Shown: in pieces, positions 1 to 59,336 of the stretch
Layout of the letters: each line of letters opens with the position of its first letter
Numbering within the stretch: position 1 is the stretch's first letter
From: Lytechinus pictus
Taxonomy: Eukaryota
Direction of reading: 5' to 3'
Assembly (NCBI RefSeq): GCF_037042905.1
Contig: NC_087252.1
Coordinates: forward strand, 15,006,001 to 15,070,000
DNA: 64,000 nucleotides
Position numbers and translations under genes: made by a program
The notes under the pieces: generated by a model
Database searches by the model: none
What the model saw: only the letters and a program-made list of their open reading frames with translations
What the model was told of the DNA's origin: nothing

Positions 1-210
1 CAATTTTTTTTTTGCTTGTCAAATTTTTTCGTGGATGAAAATCCCTTAATTTTTGGTTAAAACCCTTTCTTTTCTTTTTTTTTGCTAGTCAAATATTTCC
101 TCGGGGAAAATGACCTCCTAAACAAGTACAACGATATCTTAAATGTTATGTCACAGATGTTGGCTTTACGTTTACCACCCCACACACCTCGCTCAAATCG
201 GACCCTAATT

Positions 211-361
211 CCTCGGTCACATTTGCTGTATGGCAGCCGTACGGTAAGTCGAAATAAGCTGTTCAATTCATTTTTATTAAAACCACCTAGCTGGTACAAA
301 AATATTAAAACGGCTGTTTTCCACTTGCCGTATGGCAGCCGTAGAGCAAATGTGACCAAGG
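211..361. mobile_element. Small MITE
   Basis: About 45-bp imperfect terminal inverted repeats: cctcggtcacatttgct... / ...agcaaatgtgaccaagg. Confidence 0.7.
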
Positions 362-856
362 TATAAACATGTTCACTGTAGTGTTGGGGCAAGTTACATC
401 CTTAAGTATTTAGGTCTTTTTATACCCTCGCAAATTGGACCGTAAACACTTAGTTTTCATAGCGAAATATATGTACCCTTCTTTTCATTATTTAGTGTTT
501 TTGACAATTATGTTATATATACATAATGTGCCCTATCTTGGAAAAGAGATCCGTTTTACATGTTTTTGGGGGGTTACTTATGGTATCCACATGTCAATGG
601 AAGTGCCCCCCCCCCCCTCCCCGGTGTGGTAAGCTGATTGTATTAATTTTCTCCGGCATAGACCCTGCAGTTAGGGGTCGGTCAAACCTCCATTACAACC
701 CCAATGGCAATGCCAAAATGACAGACATCCGTCTGCTTATGAGGACAAAAAAATATGAAAATGTTTTTTAAAAAACCTCACAAACAGCGGATAGATCCAA
801 TAGTCTACTAGGCCTAGTACTAGTATAGTCTTCAGTCTAAATACCTGCAATACCAT

Positions 857-2667
857 TAAGCCTGAGTCGAATCGATTTTAAAATCGGTGTTCGATCGATG
901 TCATCGAACGCCGATGCAGATTTTGCAAAATCGGTGCATCGAAAAAAATAAATAAATACGTCGGCCGGCCGATTCATTTGGTTCACACAATCAAACATCA
1001 AAATAAACAGTAATATCCGTCTTGACTACTACTTACTTCATTTATATTGCCCCCAAAATGAAACGGATTGTGTAATTATGATGCCTATTCACCATTAATT
1101 TGAAGTTTATTTCGATCATAGTTCGAGTCTTACTCATCTGCATGGCTCGTCTGCTCGTGCCGAGATAATTTATGCACGATGAATTTATGAATGGAAGTCG
1201 CCATTGATCGTGCATGCGCAGTACTGTGCTTTAATTCAAATCAGAAAATGGCCGGAAAATTGATGCGATCAACGTATAAAAGTAAATCTTGCTTTCATGA
1301 ACAATATTAATATCATGACCATAGAACATGATTTAATCGTAATATTTAACAATAATTTGCATATGATAATCATTAATATGAATTTAGAGCTTGATGTGAA
1401 ACGTTTGTATTTCGTTTCAATTTTCAATGGCGGACATCACATGACGATCGACTTGAGTGAGTGGAATCGCACTTGTCTAAAAAAATAATTACACGTCAGG
1501 ATTGATTATTGAACATTGTCAACATGTAGAAACTCTTTTGATGATCGTAATATCACCATATGATAATATTTTACATGACACAACAGAGAAAAATTACATT
1601 TGATATTTTTTCCCATCAATTAGAAGCTTGTTTGTGCCCAACTTTGGGCTCTGATTTCATGAATGGAAAATATGTCAGACGTCATCGAACGCGCATGCGC
1701 ATTGTGCTTCTTTTCTCGGAGCTCGGAGACGTCCAGAGATGGAATAAAAAATAAAAATAATGCCAGTATAATACTATTAATTCTTCCATATGAACATAAC
1801 ATACTTTGCTGACATCGTCAATATTTTTAGTATGGCCATAAAATCTTATTAAATCGTAATTATTTTACATCCAATAATAATTTATATGAAGTTAGAGCTC
1901 GATCCGAGACATTCGTATTTATTTCGATCACAAGCTCTTGTGTCTAATTAATATAAATGGATTATCATCAGGATTAAGTCTCGAACATCGTCAGAACTCA
2001 TATTCCACAATCTTTCCTCACAATCGTTATATCAGCATTGAATACCAATTCAAATGACCATCCAGAGAAAATTACGTATTTATTTCCATCAATTTATTTG
2101 GAGCTAATTTTGGGTCCAACTACCCCGCCAACTACACAATCTCAGGCAAGTTACAGCGCTCTCCCCGCTGTTTGCACTTGTTAGATGGCGCTGGCAAGCA
2201 TGCCTGTCGTTTCGGGAGAGTGAGTGAATGGGGCTGGTGTGTGCGAGGTTGGACTGCGAATGCTAGTTGACCGAAAATCATTCGGATCGACTCTGCGTGA
2301 TTCATGTCTTTAAAATTGTTTCATTTTAAACTTATATGTTATCATCTGCAAATATCATTGTTGAAGATATTTTGGGAAGAATTCTGCATTGCCCCCGGCC
2401 TTTTTTGTGTTTTGTGATCATGGAAAATACAAACGAACTTTGCTCTGTCATCTGCTTTTGCAACGCTCACCCGGCGCGGCCAGCGCAGACCGTCAGTGCA
2501 TGTAGCTTAGTGCATGCATAGCTATAGCGCATGCATCGACGGCCGGCCGGCCGGAGCAAAAAAAATGACTCGATTTTCCCCGCCTTCAAATTTCGATGCA
2601 TCGATGTTCGATCGAATTAAAGCTGTCGAACACCGGTTTTCAAAATAATCGATATGACTCAGGCTTA
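857..2667. mobile_element. Non-autonomous hAT-like DNA transposon (1.8 kb)
   Basis: TIR taagcctgagtc/gactcaggctta; exact 8-bp TSD aataccat at 849-856 and 2668-2675; subterminal tcga motifs; no transposase ORF. Confidence 0.85.
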
Positions 2668-3232
2668 AATACCATACTAGACAGATATTCATTAGACATT
2701 AATAAATCAGACTAAAAATTATTGAATCGTGTGGAAAACTTAGTCTAACGTTAACAGTAAGGGCCTAGATTAAATTTGGTGCGCAAACGCCGGCAACGCA
2801 ACGCCAACGGGCGTGAAAATTGACGCCGGGCACCATTCATTTTTGTTTTTCAATCTGAAAATAACTGGTGAAGGATTTTTTAAAGAAAATCATATTTGGG
2901 CACAGTTGCTCAAATAAGAAACTTAGGCCGAAACTTATAAGGAACATTGTCAACTCAATTTTTTGTGAACAAAAACTTTGCCTGTGCCTACCGGCTGCGA
3001 GCTGCCCGGCGCGTCGACAAACGCCGTGTGGAGCTAGCGACGAAGTTCGGGGAGATGTGCATGCCGGTTAACCTGCCCGTGCGGTTGCCGGTGGGCCGTA
3101 GCCGGTAGCGCCATGGCATGAGCGGTGGGCATTTAATTGTATTTTAGCAAACTATTTCTTTCTTGAAATTAGTCTTTTTACAGCAAGATGTTCAACGTTA
3201 CTGATATATTGGCCAGTACCGTCATCACTTAC

Positions 3233-3360
3233 CGTTTCCAGGCGAAAATTCAAGATAAACTTCGATCTTCCGTCTGATCTCACGTCGGACGTTGTCGGAG
3301 AGCTAGAGGTCGATGGGTCATGTCATCCAAATCGACGAACGTAGAGGGCGTCAACAATTC
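3233..3360 (-). promoter_or_regulatory. Candidate promoter and non-coding first exon of a neighbouring minus-strand gene
   Basis: CpG-rich stretch at about 2770-3360, consensus donor CG|GTAAGTG at 3233/3232, and a TAGAGGGCG (CTCF-like) motif near 3342; no ORF supports it. Confidence 0.4.
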
Positions 3361-3709
3361 GTCAACTCTTGAGAGAGAGATATAATTATTATCTCTAGTC
3401 TATGTTTTCCCTTCATTTTTCTTTTCCACCATTTTTTTAAAATAAATTTTTGGTCATGGACTCTTAGGTGGCTCCAAGCCCAAAACTCCCATCTATAGCA
3501 TCTGCAAGTAATAAACAGACAGTTGAGATGGCTTTATTTATAAATGTCTAATGAAGACAAAGATAAAGTAGGGCTAATTGTGTTGGTGACAGTTGATCAC
3601 TAACAGTTTAAACAACTTCTGGTTTAAAGGCATTCACCGAAGATAATCAGATCAATTCAACCTTAACAAACCAAGCATGATCAAGAACAAAAAAATACAG
3701 TTAGAAATT

Positions 3710-3908
3710 CAGGGGCGGATCCAGGATTTTCGAAAAGGGGGGCACAATTTTCCGAGGATATAATTTTGACAACCTCAAAAAAAAAGGTTTTCAACCAAAA
3801 ATTAAGGATAGTCTTTATATTTCGTCGCGTCTGTTTCAACGGCCTTTTTCTTTTGCTTCTCAAAAGGGGGGCACGGGCAGGCTGCCCCTCTCCCTGGATC
3901 CGCCAGTG
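3710..3908. mobile_element. hAT-like MITE
   Basis: TIR caggggcggatccagg / cctggatccgccagtg; no clear TSD. Confidence 0.65.
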
Positions 3909-4521
3909 GCATGATACGCAGGTCGAGATCATGATCGGTGGCCGTTATTTCCTTTATTTGTTCTAGTTTTTTATTAATTTTAACCGAAAACCTGATTTCA
4001 CCTCTAAAAAAGATAGGCCTATTTCATTTTGATAAAGGCATTTTTTCCTATGGGGATTTTTTTTTCCAGTTCCGCCGCCCCTGACCTATCCTATAAATTG
4101 TTTGGCATGAATACGTGAGGTGTTTAAAATGTAACTTCGTCGCTCTTATTAATTTCAAGAAACATCGTTTTTTTAAGCTGCAAACTACATTTAGCAATCG
4201 GTTCTCATGTTATTAAACACTCTTCTCTTGTAGTTTATTACTATATGTTTAATCTTTCTTTTATTTTGGGGTTGAATTTTACTTCTGGAAATAAAAGATT
4301 TGGCACCATTGATGGTAGTGATATTTATCTCTAATAAAAGAATTCCAAACAATACTTTCATCCATTTTATTCAAGAATGATTTGACCGATCTTACGTCAG
4401 ACTTAAAACTCTCTAAATACTTTTTTCCGAACTTGTCTTCCTCATCCAAAAATGCGTGTAAGATTATTGCTTATTATCAGCACGGAAATTTCCGTGATTA
4501 TCAGTCTGATCAGGGGAAAAC

Positions 4522-5072
4522 CCCGGGGGGGCCACTTACATTGACGAGTGGATACCATGCGCGACCAAAAAAACACGTAAAAAGGATGTCTTTTTCACGA
4601 TAGGGCACGTTACGTACGTAACGTGATAAGGGTGTCAAAATCACAAAAATAATGAAAAAAGGGTATCTATTTCGCTAGGAAAATTACGTGTTTAGGGTCG
4701 AATTTGCGGGGATGATAAAACAAAATTAAAATGTTTTATAAAGGATGTCCTTTTCGCCCCAACACTTCGTGTTTAGAGTCCGATTTGCGCGAGGTGTAGA
4801 AGGTGGGGTCGTACTAAACCAAATAAATTAAAGACGAAGACCGAAGGACCCGTAACAATAAAACATTCCTGTACTTGTTTAGGGGTTCATTTCAGGAAAT
4901 ATTTGCCAAGAGTATCGTTTTATTTCCAATACTTGTTAAGGGTAGGGTTTTAGACGCCAATACTTGTTAAGGGGTGCATTTTCAGAATATGGAAATTACG
5001 TGTTTAGGGTGCTTTTCGAGACCCCATGGTCGCGCATGGTATCCACTCGTGAATGGAAGTGGCCCCCCCGGG
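4522..5072. mobile_element. MITE with CCCGGG termini and 8-bp TSD
   Basis: About 45-bp TIR (cccggggggggccactt...gagtggataccatgcgcgacca); TSD gggaaaac at 4514-4521 and 5073-5080. Confidence 0.85.
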
Positions 5073-5449
5073 GGGAAAACTAACGCTCAACTTAGCCATG
5101 ATTTTAGACGTTTTAGTCGTAATAGGCCCTGTTATCCATTTCAAAATGACAGGCCCTAACCTTTGATCCGGCAAAATATATTAAAACAAGTTTATATTCT
5201 TTAGAATTAATATCCCGCTTTACATCAAAGAAAATTTCAGCTCGTGCTTTGTATCCGTGTTCATATACTAGGCCTATATTAAATGCGCCTGTTTTCAGGT
5301 TAGAGGGGACGTTTGTTGAAGAGGACAAATCGATCAGCTCGCAAAATTTACAATAATAAACAGTGCTTTGAATGACAGCCATCCTTTCGTGTCCATTTAA
5401 CAACAAAAAATGTGCAACATTAATTTTATTTCGCACTTGATACATCACT

Positions 5450-6290
5450 GGCACTCCTTCATTCTACTCTCAGTCACCCCATCATCACTCACTCACATTC
5501 CACTAGTATACCACTACTCACTCCACTCCATTATTCAACACCCTCACTCCACTCATCCACTCATCCACTCCACTCCCTCCTTCCACTGTTACATTAATCT
5601 AATCCATTATTCTATTAAATCTCTCACTCCACTTCGTCACTCATCCATTATTCCGGCCATTCTCTCATTCCACTCCCTCACCCCACACCCTCATTCAACT
5701 ACCTCATTCCACAAACCCATTCCACTTCCAATTCGACTCATCATCCACCTCACTCCCTCATGCCACTCCCCAATCAGCTTACTCCCCATGCCATTTCCTC
5801 CACTTTCTCATTCCACTCCCTCACATCACTCTCTCAGCCCCTGCATTCCACTCCCTCACTCCACTCTCACTCCATTCCCTCATTTTACACCCCTCACCAT
5901 TACTCTACATCACTCCAATCCACTCTCACTCCACTACTTCATTCCACTCCATTACTCTCTCATTCTACTACATTACTCCACTTGTTCACTCGATTTCCTA
6001 ACCCCCATCACCTCCCTACTCATCTCCACTCCAACATGCCCATCCCTCACTCCCCTCCCTCGCTCCACTCCTCCACTCCCCTCCCTCGCTCCACTCCATC
6101 ACTCCACTTCATCGCTCCCCTCCCTCGCTCCACTCCATCGCTCCACTGCCTCACTCCCCTCCCTCGCTCCACTCCCTCACTTCACTCCCTCACTCCATTC
6201 ACTTTATTCTCTCAACCCACCCTACTCCAGCACTGCCATCATTTCAACCAACATCTCCACAACTCAACCCTAAATTCCTCCAGGACTCCT
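5450..6290. repeat. Degenerate (CACTC/CTCCA)n low-complexity tract
   Basis: Pyrimidine-rich pentamer repeats, with about 39-bp tandem units near 6050-6190. Confidence 0.85.
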
Positions 6291-7430
6291 TCAATTTCTT
6301 TGATATAGAACACATGGAACAAAACCAGAAGGGCACAATGATGCATATTCAGATTTATATTTTTACTTTCACATAAAGAATCATAATAATATATTTCATC
6401 TTTGATCAAAGAGAGCACAAACTCATTGTGCATATATTGTATATACAAGAACACTCATAACGCACGTTGACAACAATATGCAATACAAGAATGTCATACA
6501 TATTAAGCTTTAATTCTAACCAAAACATGCAACAACAACGAGTCTACTTCTACATCATAATAAACATATATGCTTGTACTTTATCAGTTTACTTCAACGC
6601 AAGTCAAAGTGATTAACTAAAAATCATCGCCAGAGATTAGGATTCTGATCCAATAATAATTAATAGACATGATTTGTGTTGTGAAGTGATGTGAAATATA
6701 TTATCATTTATGTGCAAAACACAAGCATGCGTCGAAGACAGATGTGAGGGAAATCTGTAGTCCTACACGGAGATCATTGTGGAAAGCATTATATCATTAT
6801 TTACTAACTCTAACTAACTTGTCTTTAGGAAAATAGCATTTCAACCACAATCAGCACATGTGCAGAGATTAATGCTCTTAAAAAATATATATAAAAAATG
6901 GTTCATAATACAAAAAGATTGCAGTGTCCTTGAAGATTGCTCAACTGGCCCAGATGAGCTCAAGTTAATGTAACAGATTTAAACGCAGCAAAGGGAATCA
7001 AACGAAACATGATTTTAAGAAAATCAGAACCATGAGTGGGGAATTGCATTCCGTTTTCAGATATTGCATTTAAACTGAATTCCGGGGGAATAACCCCAAG
7101 CTTAGATGTACAAACTTTATCACAAATTAACAGTGTATTTCGGTTGTTACGGAATTCAAATGGAAATTGTACTTCTTCTTTTTTTCTTGTTCTGTCAATT
7201 CGCGATGAATAATTGATCTTGTTCACTATAAAACTTACCGTAATACAAGTTGGGGAGACACAAAGAAATGAAAGGTGGTCATGAATTGGAAGGAAAAATA
7301 ATTTAAAATTAGGTCTACAGAAGCGAAAAAATGCAAGGCAAGAAGGTATAAAAAAAACAGCGAACATGACAGGGAATGAAAATGTGAAAATAGGCGGAGA
7401 TAGGGTGATTTAGAAGACAACAGTCATTAG

Positions 7431-7846
7431 CAGACCTGCCAACCTCTGGGAATGAAAAACTATATTCTGTGATTAAAAAAACAATTTTTCCCCCAAAAAG
7501 TGTATTTCATAATAAAATGCTTGGCGCACTCGCTCATCGCGGCGCTCAAGCTGCATGCAAGCTAAAATGCGCACTGCTCTTGCAGATGAAAAAAAAAAAC
7601 ATTAAAACATGTGTATATCTTCACCATGGTTTGAACAAAATGATTGAAAAAAAAAAAGTTACCTGAAATTACATTGATCTAATAACCATATTTGAGCACG
7701 TTTTATGAAATAGAGACATATAGAGATTATTTTTCTCAATAAATTACGATTTAGTTTAAAAAAAAAAAAAAAAAAAAAACGTACTGCCGTATTTTGGTTG
7801 CAAAAACTTACTAAATACGGCTAAAACGTACTGGTTGGCAGGTCTG
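7431..7846. mobile_element. MITE (cagacctgccaacc TIR), copy 1
   Basis: TIR cagacctgccaacc/ggttggcaggtctg flanked by direct repeat cattag; second copy at 32836-34239. Confidence 0.85.
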
Positions 7847-8429
7847 CATTAGTAGTCGAACAACTAAACAATGGCATTTGAAAATTGGGGGAGGGGATAG
7901 GACTGCAGTGATTAACATTGTTCAAGCATTCAGAACAAGGAATGCTTGAAAAGTCTGAAGGTAGATCCAAACAAACAAGTCATGACCAACAAAAAAACAC
8001 TTGCAGTTGGACTGGAGGATAAATATTCAAAACGAAAACATCAGAAATTGCATAACACCAATATAAAATACATGCAACGAAGTTACTAGACCATTTCAGA
8101 AAGATAACCAATAACATCAATACTACAGGTAATTTAATCACGTACTGTAGAGACACACATCATCGTGGAGACTTTTTTTAAAGGAAGAAGAAGGTTACCC
8201 TTTTTCCGTATCAAGTTTGAAAAAAAATTATCTGATAATAATTTATAATGTCCCTATAAGATACCCAAATTGCCACTGGTGATTCAGCAAAATACTGACG
8301 CTATTTTTACAACCCTTATCAATATTTTGACAAAAAAAACAACTTTGAATGCATAAAATGCTTGTTGACAACAGAAGGTCTCATTGACAGATTGAATTTC
8401 AAGTTCAGCTTCCAAATAATAGACAATCT

Positions 8430-8692
8430 TGGCCCAGTCTTACAAAGAGTTGCGATTGTTCTGATCAATCACAACTATGGAAGGCCAGCAACACCCACAT
8501 CTAAAATGCATGTTTGTTCAAATTTTTTTTTAGATATGATGTATATTCATTTTCTTGACAGTTCAGTATGCTTCTCTTTGTTTTCAAAGAACATTGTGCA
8601 ATTTTCCTGTAGAAAAATTTATGACACCGATGGATTTCCATAGAGGTACGATTGATTGGATCAATCGTAACTCTTTGTAAGACGGGGCCCAG
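8430..8692. mobile_element. About 260-bp MITE family A
   Basis: TIR ggccc.gtcttacaaagagtt.cgattg; further copies at 8905-9178, 19468-19742 and 46178-46453. Confidence 0.85.
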
Positions 8693-8904
8693 ACTTAGCT
8701 CCCAAGAAAGGGGCACAGGCCATGCGTAAAGCTGTGCGTATTTTATGAACAGCTTCACAAATCACCGGCCGGTTCCCATTGCCAGAGAATTCTTACTATC
8801 GACAATAAAAAGAAGGTTCCCGGAAGTAGCGCACAACATGAAATTGCCTTTCACTGAAATAGAAACTCAACTTCTTGTTAAGTGATGAGTGACCTTAACT
8901 TCAA

Positions 8905-9178
8905 GGGCCCGTCTCACAAAGAGTTGCTATTGATCCGATCAATCACAACTATGGACGGCCAGCAACGTCAACATCTGAAATGCATGAATTTTCAAAATGT
9001 TTACTAGATATAACGTAAATTACACAAATTAATTGTTTTCTTGAGATTATGGTCTGTTCTCCTTTGCTTACAGAGGACATTTTGCAAATTTCCTGTACAA
9101 GAAATTATGGCACTGATGGATTTCCATAGAGTTACGATTGATTGGATCAATCATAACTCTTTGTAAGACGGGGCCCCC
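8905..9178. mobile_element. MITE family A copy
   Basis: Same TIRs and internal sequence as 8430-8692. Confidence 0.85.
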
Positions 9179-9328
9179 GGTCTACTTGTACCGTAGCTAG
9201 CGCTAGTCTAGTTGCATCGACTCTCGCACCATGTTCTCAATCTCTTCTAACATTTCAAGGAAGAACCATCATAAAACTTGCTACTTGTGTCATCAACCTC
9301 TTGCTGCACGTTTTCTTTACCTTCAAGC

Positions 9329-9649
9329 CAGGGTTCCCACAGAAATTTGAAAACAGATTTCCATGACTTTTCCATGACTATATTGCTTCTTTCCATGACT
9401 TCCCGTGATGTCCCAGGAGTTATGTCGAATTTGGGATGTCACAAAACTGGAAAAAAAAAGCTCATGAACACCAATTATAATAGCAGAGTATGATCACAGA
9501 GTAAGAGAGTTGCAAGACACGACAAACTGGAAAGCTGCCATAGCCAAGAGGTAAACGCAACACCATGACTTTTCACAAATTTTCCAAAATTCCCTGACTT
9601 TCCATGACCACAAATTTTTCCAGGATTTTCCATGACTGTGGGAACCCTG
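9329..9649. mobile_element. MITE with CAGGG termini and 5-bp TSD
   Basis: TIR cagggttcccacag/ctgtgggaaccctg; TSD caagc at 9324-9328 and 9650-9654; internal ttccatgac repeats. Confidence 0.85.
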
Positions 9650-9857
9650 CAAGCTCCTGAAAGTAACTGGGTCACACGAGTAAACAGCGTGAACGACATC
9701 CGGGAACTTTTTGTCATTGTCCATAGTAAGAATATTTCGCAAGTCGGTTAAAAATCCAGTATACACTTCAGAGAAATTGAAATTGTGAACACATTATGCA
9801 TAAAGGATGATGCACGTCTAGACTGAGGCTAATAAGGGCTAATAAGCATAGGCCTAT

Positions 9858-10086
9858 ACAATGAAAACTGGTGTCAATTGGTGTAAATAGAGGACAACAC
9901 CAGTCATTTTACTCTGGTGTTACATTTACAGTGTTAGTTCAACATTCATGGGTGTTCTTACAACAGCTTTGGTTTTTACTTTTACACTCATTAGAGTTAT
10001 ATTCAATCTCTAGGGGGTAAATTTTAACACCTCAGGAGTGGTCCTCTATGGACATCAACTAGTAAAACCCCAGTTTTTATAGTGTA
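9858..10086. mobile_element. CACT-type (CMC/EnSpm-like) MITE
   Basis: Imperfect TIRs (tacaatgaaaactgg / ccagtttttatagtgta); related partial copy at about 60522-60665. Confidence 0.55.
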
Positions 10087-11955
10087 TTGATTGGGCAATG
10101 AGGATGACTAATGAGAAATTCCTTAAAACGATTGCTGAAAGAGAACCTATATATTGACAATTACACTTAATATCACACAAAAGAGATTACATTTACAACA
10201 TATACATGTATGACAGTGACACAACATTTGCTTCTGCGACATTTGCTCCGATCTTAACACCTCACAGGGCACAGGTTCAGAGTTTGGATTGTAATAGTTT
10301 TGGGGTCAGAGTAATGTAAAGATAAGGATTAGGGTTTATTTAGTTTTGGAGGTTAAATTTATGTTTGGCTTAACATGCAGATTTTCCATCGGAGCAATTG
10401 TCGCTGGAGCATACGTCATGGAACAATATATGACATGCCATTACATATTGCAATTATCTGGCAATATTCCATACATACTAAGAGGAATATAGTACAACAC
10501 ACATGTATAACTTTATATCTACAAAGCACATGCACGTTAAATCAAGTCTAGTCTCCTTTCCAGTCAGCTTTCCCTCCATACCCGTTTTGGACACAATAAA
10601 TCTATCAATAATGATCATTATTCTTTGGGGCATAATAATTCAATCCAGTTATTTACCAATTATGTCTTAAAGGTTCTTACCTAGGTCACATCCACAATCT
10701 ACTGTTATACAATTTCCATTTAAGGAGAAAATTACTTCATTTTATTCTTTCCAATCAGCTTGGAAAATACTTAATGCTGCACGAGTGTCATGTTAAATAA
10801 ATGATTATGTGATACATCTTTTACATAATTGCATGAGTGCAAACTTTGGTACCAAACTATTTTGGGACTTCAAGTTCTTTGTACACATATTTTATTTATC
10901 CTCAAGAGTACTCGAACACCTCTTAGAATAGAACATTTAAATACTGTTCATGTCATACTACTTTTCATGATAAATAATCTGAATAATTTATGTTACCTGA
11001 GCTTAAAGCATTAAAAGCAATTCCTACTCATCAATCATTAAATTTGAAATCCATTTCATATTTTCATATAATAAAAAGCAATTGCATGCGCCAAATCACA
11101 TTTTAAAATAATTTCAAATAATTTCAAATTGCAGGACACTTATTCGTATCAATGGAGACCGATTCACATTGGACGAAACCTGTTCACATAGGAAACTTGT
11201 TCACATTTGAAGGGACCTTTCACACAAGAGGGAACCATTCACACTGGAGAGTCCTTTCACACTGCATTATAAAACAGTTAAGGGTTGGTTGACAAAATAA
11301 ACATGGGCACTTCGGAGATAGAATACGGGACGTCCTTACAGAGAAAAGACAATTCAGAATACTGATTTGAGATTATACAGGCGAACAGTTATCACACTGA
11401 GACGACATACAATTTACAACAAAAGGGAAGAGAATTTTTCAAAATATCACCCCATATCTCCAGAAGTCGAACGAATGCTGGCATTTCTTGCCGCTGCTTC
11501 AAGAACATGGTAGAATCTACCCAACTCTATAAAGACTGAGGTTTCACTTGACATATTCAAGAAAAATCTAAAAACACGTCTTTTCTGTTAATGCCAGTTT
11601 GCCAGCATTGCTCTCTCTCTCTCTCTCTCTTTCTCTCTCCCTCTCTCTTGGACTTTCATTCAATTTTCATTTTAGTTTTTATATCTAAGCTTATACTTCG
11701 TTAAATCGTTATTACTTTTAGTCTCTGTGTAATGTGCTGGAAAAGGTGCTTTAAAAAGTTTATTAAATTATGATTATTATAATAAGCAGGACTCCACAGA
11801 AGTATGTTTATGAGCATTTCTAACGATTCACTCTACGTTCGCAAAGGGAGCGTGAACGCACCCTAAGCTAAAATCATCGGCTGTAAACCGTAAGCGGAAG
11901 ATGCGGATCCCATTTTACCCCTTTCACATTACTGGACTACATTCCCAAGTCTTAA

Positions 11956-12825
11956 AGGGGGGAGGTCATCCTGACGAAAAATTTTATTGTAAAAATAGCA
12001 GAAAAAATAATAACAAATATTGGTGAAGGTTTGAGGAAAATCCATTAAAGATTAAGAAAGCTATTAGAATTTCAATTTTTTTATTTGTGATGTCATATAC
12101 GAGCAGCTACCCCATATGTTATGTAATATAAAATGAAAATTTTTAAGTTTTTAATGGTTCAAGATGACTAAAAATTTTCTTATTCCAGGAGCGGGTGTGA
12201 AATAATTTGCCTGTTGATATTTTTTTTTTGCAGGAGTTTCTGCATTTTATTCATAAATCATGATAAATTAACAAGTTCAAATAATACCAAACATATAAAT
12301 GAATACAATTTAAATGTGACGATTGAAGAGATACATTGTAAATAATACAGAAAAGACAGATAATTGAATCATACATAAGCATGTGATATAGTGAGTTCGG
12401 TAAAATACAGGGGCCAGCTATTATAAGCACAGAGGTGCTTGAAGCAATAGCAGCCAGGAGAGTGGGCTTCATGGAAACCATCATGAATCACATTTTGACA
12501 AAACGATGTCACAAAATTTCAAATATTGGAGAAAAAAAATCTCGGTTGGGAAAATCATTTATTGTAAAAAGACGTGCAAGTGAAGTGTTATACTTAAGGT
12601 ACAATAAAAAAAACAATTTCTTGAGAAATTATATTTTTATTGAATTTTCTAATTCACGATGCATGGGAAGCTGCTCACATATGACGTCACAAATAAAAAA
12701 AAATAAAACTCTAATAATCTTTTAAATCTTGCATGGTTTTTCCTCAAACCTTCACCAATATTCTTTAATTATATTTTTTTCCTGCTATTTTAACAAAAAA
12801 CCTTTTATCCGGGTGAACTTCCCCC
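11956..12825. mobile_element. Kolobok-like MITE in the JAK 3' region
   Basis: TTAA at both flanks, purine-start termini and long imperfect TIRs (aatattggtgaaggtttgaggaaaa / ttttcctcaaaccttcaccaatatt). Confidence 0.75.
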
Positions 12826-12887
12826 TTAACATGGGCACCTGTAACTTTTGGTCAGTGTCTGAACGCACCCTAAGCTAATATCAACGG

Positions 12888-57835
<44,948 letters not shown>

Positions 57836-58741
57836 CTAAAAAGAGAGAGAAAAAAAATTACCGGTACAATTAATCTGATCAGATCATGACAAGAGGATGC
57901 GCACTATTGCATATTGATCAATAAGACTGTGCGTTACATATAGGAGTATCATGTACATGTACAAATTGGCATTTAAGTGCCACTCTAAGGGGGTGTTGCA
58001 AGAAAATGTTGGCGATCAATTGCAAATATTCTGTTGCAATGTTACAACTGATAGATCAACGTTAGCTGTAGCAAATCAGATTAAACTTCTTGTTCCAAGA
58101 AGCAGAATAGCAATCAATCACTAATTTGCAATTAGCTGCAAGATATATGATTGATTTAGGGACCAGAAATAGACTTGCAATTGATCGCAAGTATATTGCA
58201 ACACCCCATAAGTCATTTTGTGAAACACCCCCAGGTATTTTTGAGGCCTGAACAAGTTCTAAAAAAATCTATGCGTATTTTAGTGACCGGGTCGGTCTGA
58301 ATGCACCTTCCATCGCGCTCCCACACTCTAAACCTCATCTCAATATGATCTGTACACCCATGTCAAGTTCCATCGTGATAACACTAAAATCTTTAAACTA
58401 TGGCTGAACTCCACATTATCTGACTGGCCCCCATAAATTAACCATCATGCAGTCTTGGAAAGTGGACTGAAATTATCTCATAACGAGCTGGATGGAACAA
58501 ATTCCTCACATGGTAATTTGAAAGATGTTGTATTGAAGCTACATGTATGAGTTATGGGGTCACCCAACACGAAGGGTGGTGCTGTTTAATACACATTTTG
58601 GTTTCATGTACGGACAGAATTCCTAATCAATGTCAAAACAAAGGGCTATTCCAATAAATTTGGAATTGTTTTAAAATAGAGCTAATAACCTAGAAAATTT
58701 GAGTCACAGCATGATCTAGGGGTGGTGCCACAGGCCTTTAA

Positions 58742-59336
58742 AGGGATACTCCAGTCTGAAGATATTCATATCTCAATTAATAGAGTAAAATTCACAGAAC
58801 AAAATGCAGAAAATTTGGACAAATAACAAACTTATTGAATTTTAAACAACTTGCAATATTCTGGTGAAACAGTTCTTGGCATGTCTTCATGAATATTCAA
58901 TGACCAAACTGATGTCATATCCCCACTTGTATTTTATTTTTGTATTTAATTATATAAAATTAGTTTATTCAAAATTTTTCTACCAAGAACTAAATCAATT
59001 GGATCGACAACTGATTAAGCGCATTAGTTATTTATTGCTCCAACTTATTTCATAATAATTGAGACACATCATTCACACATGTATGAAAAAATGAAACAAT
59101 TGTGATTTCATGTAATAACATAAGAAAAAGTAAAGTGGGGATGTGACATCATCAGGACACCTAATGAATATTCATTATGAAGTGCATATAACTGTTTTCA
59201 CAAAATATTGCTGAACTTTAAATTTCAATAACTTTGTAATTTGTTATCCGATTTTGATCAAATTTTCAGCATTTTGCTCTGTGAATTTTACTCTATTTAA
59301 ATTTAGATATAAATATTTTCAGCCTGGAGTTTCCCT
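58742..59336. mobile_element. Kolobok-like MITE
   Basis: TTAA|agggatactccag ... ctggagtttccct|TTAA; older relatives at about 21890-22480 and 47067-47650. Confidence 0.8.

Noticed and set aside
857..2667. Autonomous transposase in this or other TIR elements
   Set aside because: No long ORF or recognisable catalytic motif seen in any element in the window.
5410..6308. 287-aa and 182-aa His/Ser/Pro-rich ORFs
   Set aside because: Products of a CACTC low-complexity tract that lacks stops; no domain signal.
8817..8825. Perfect STAT GAS site TTCCCGGAA (also at 62366-62374) suggesting feedback control
   Set aside because: Isolated 9-mers without clustering; cannot be separated from chance here.
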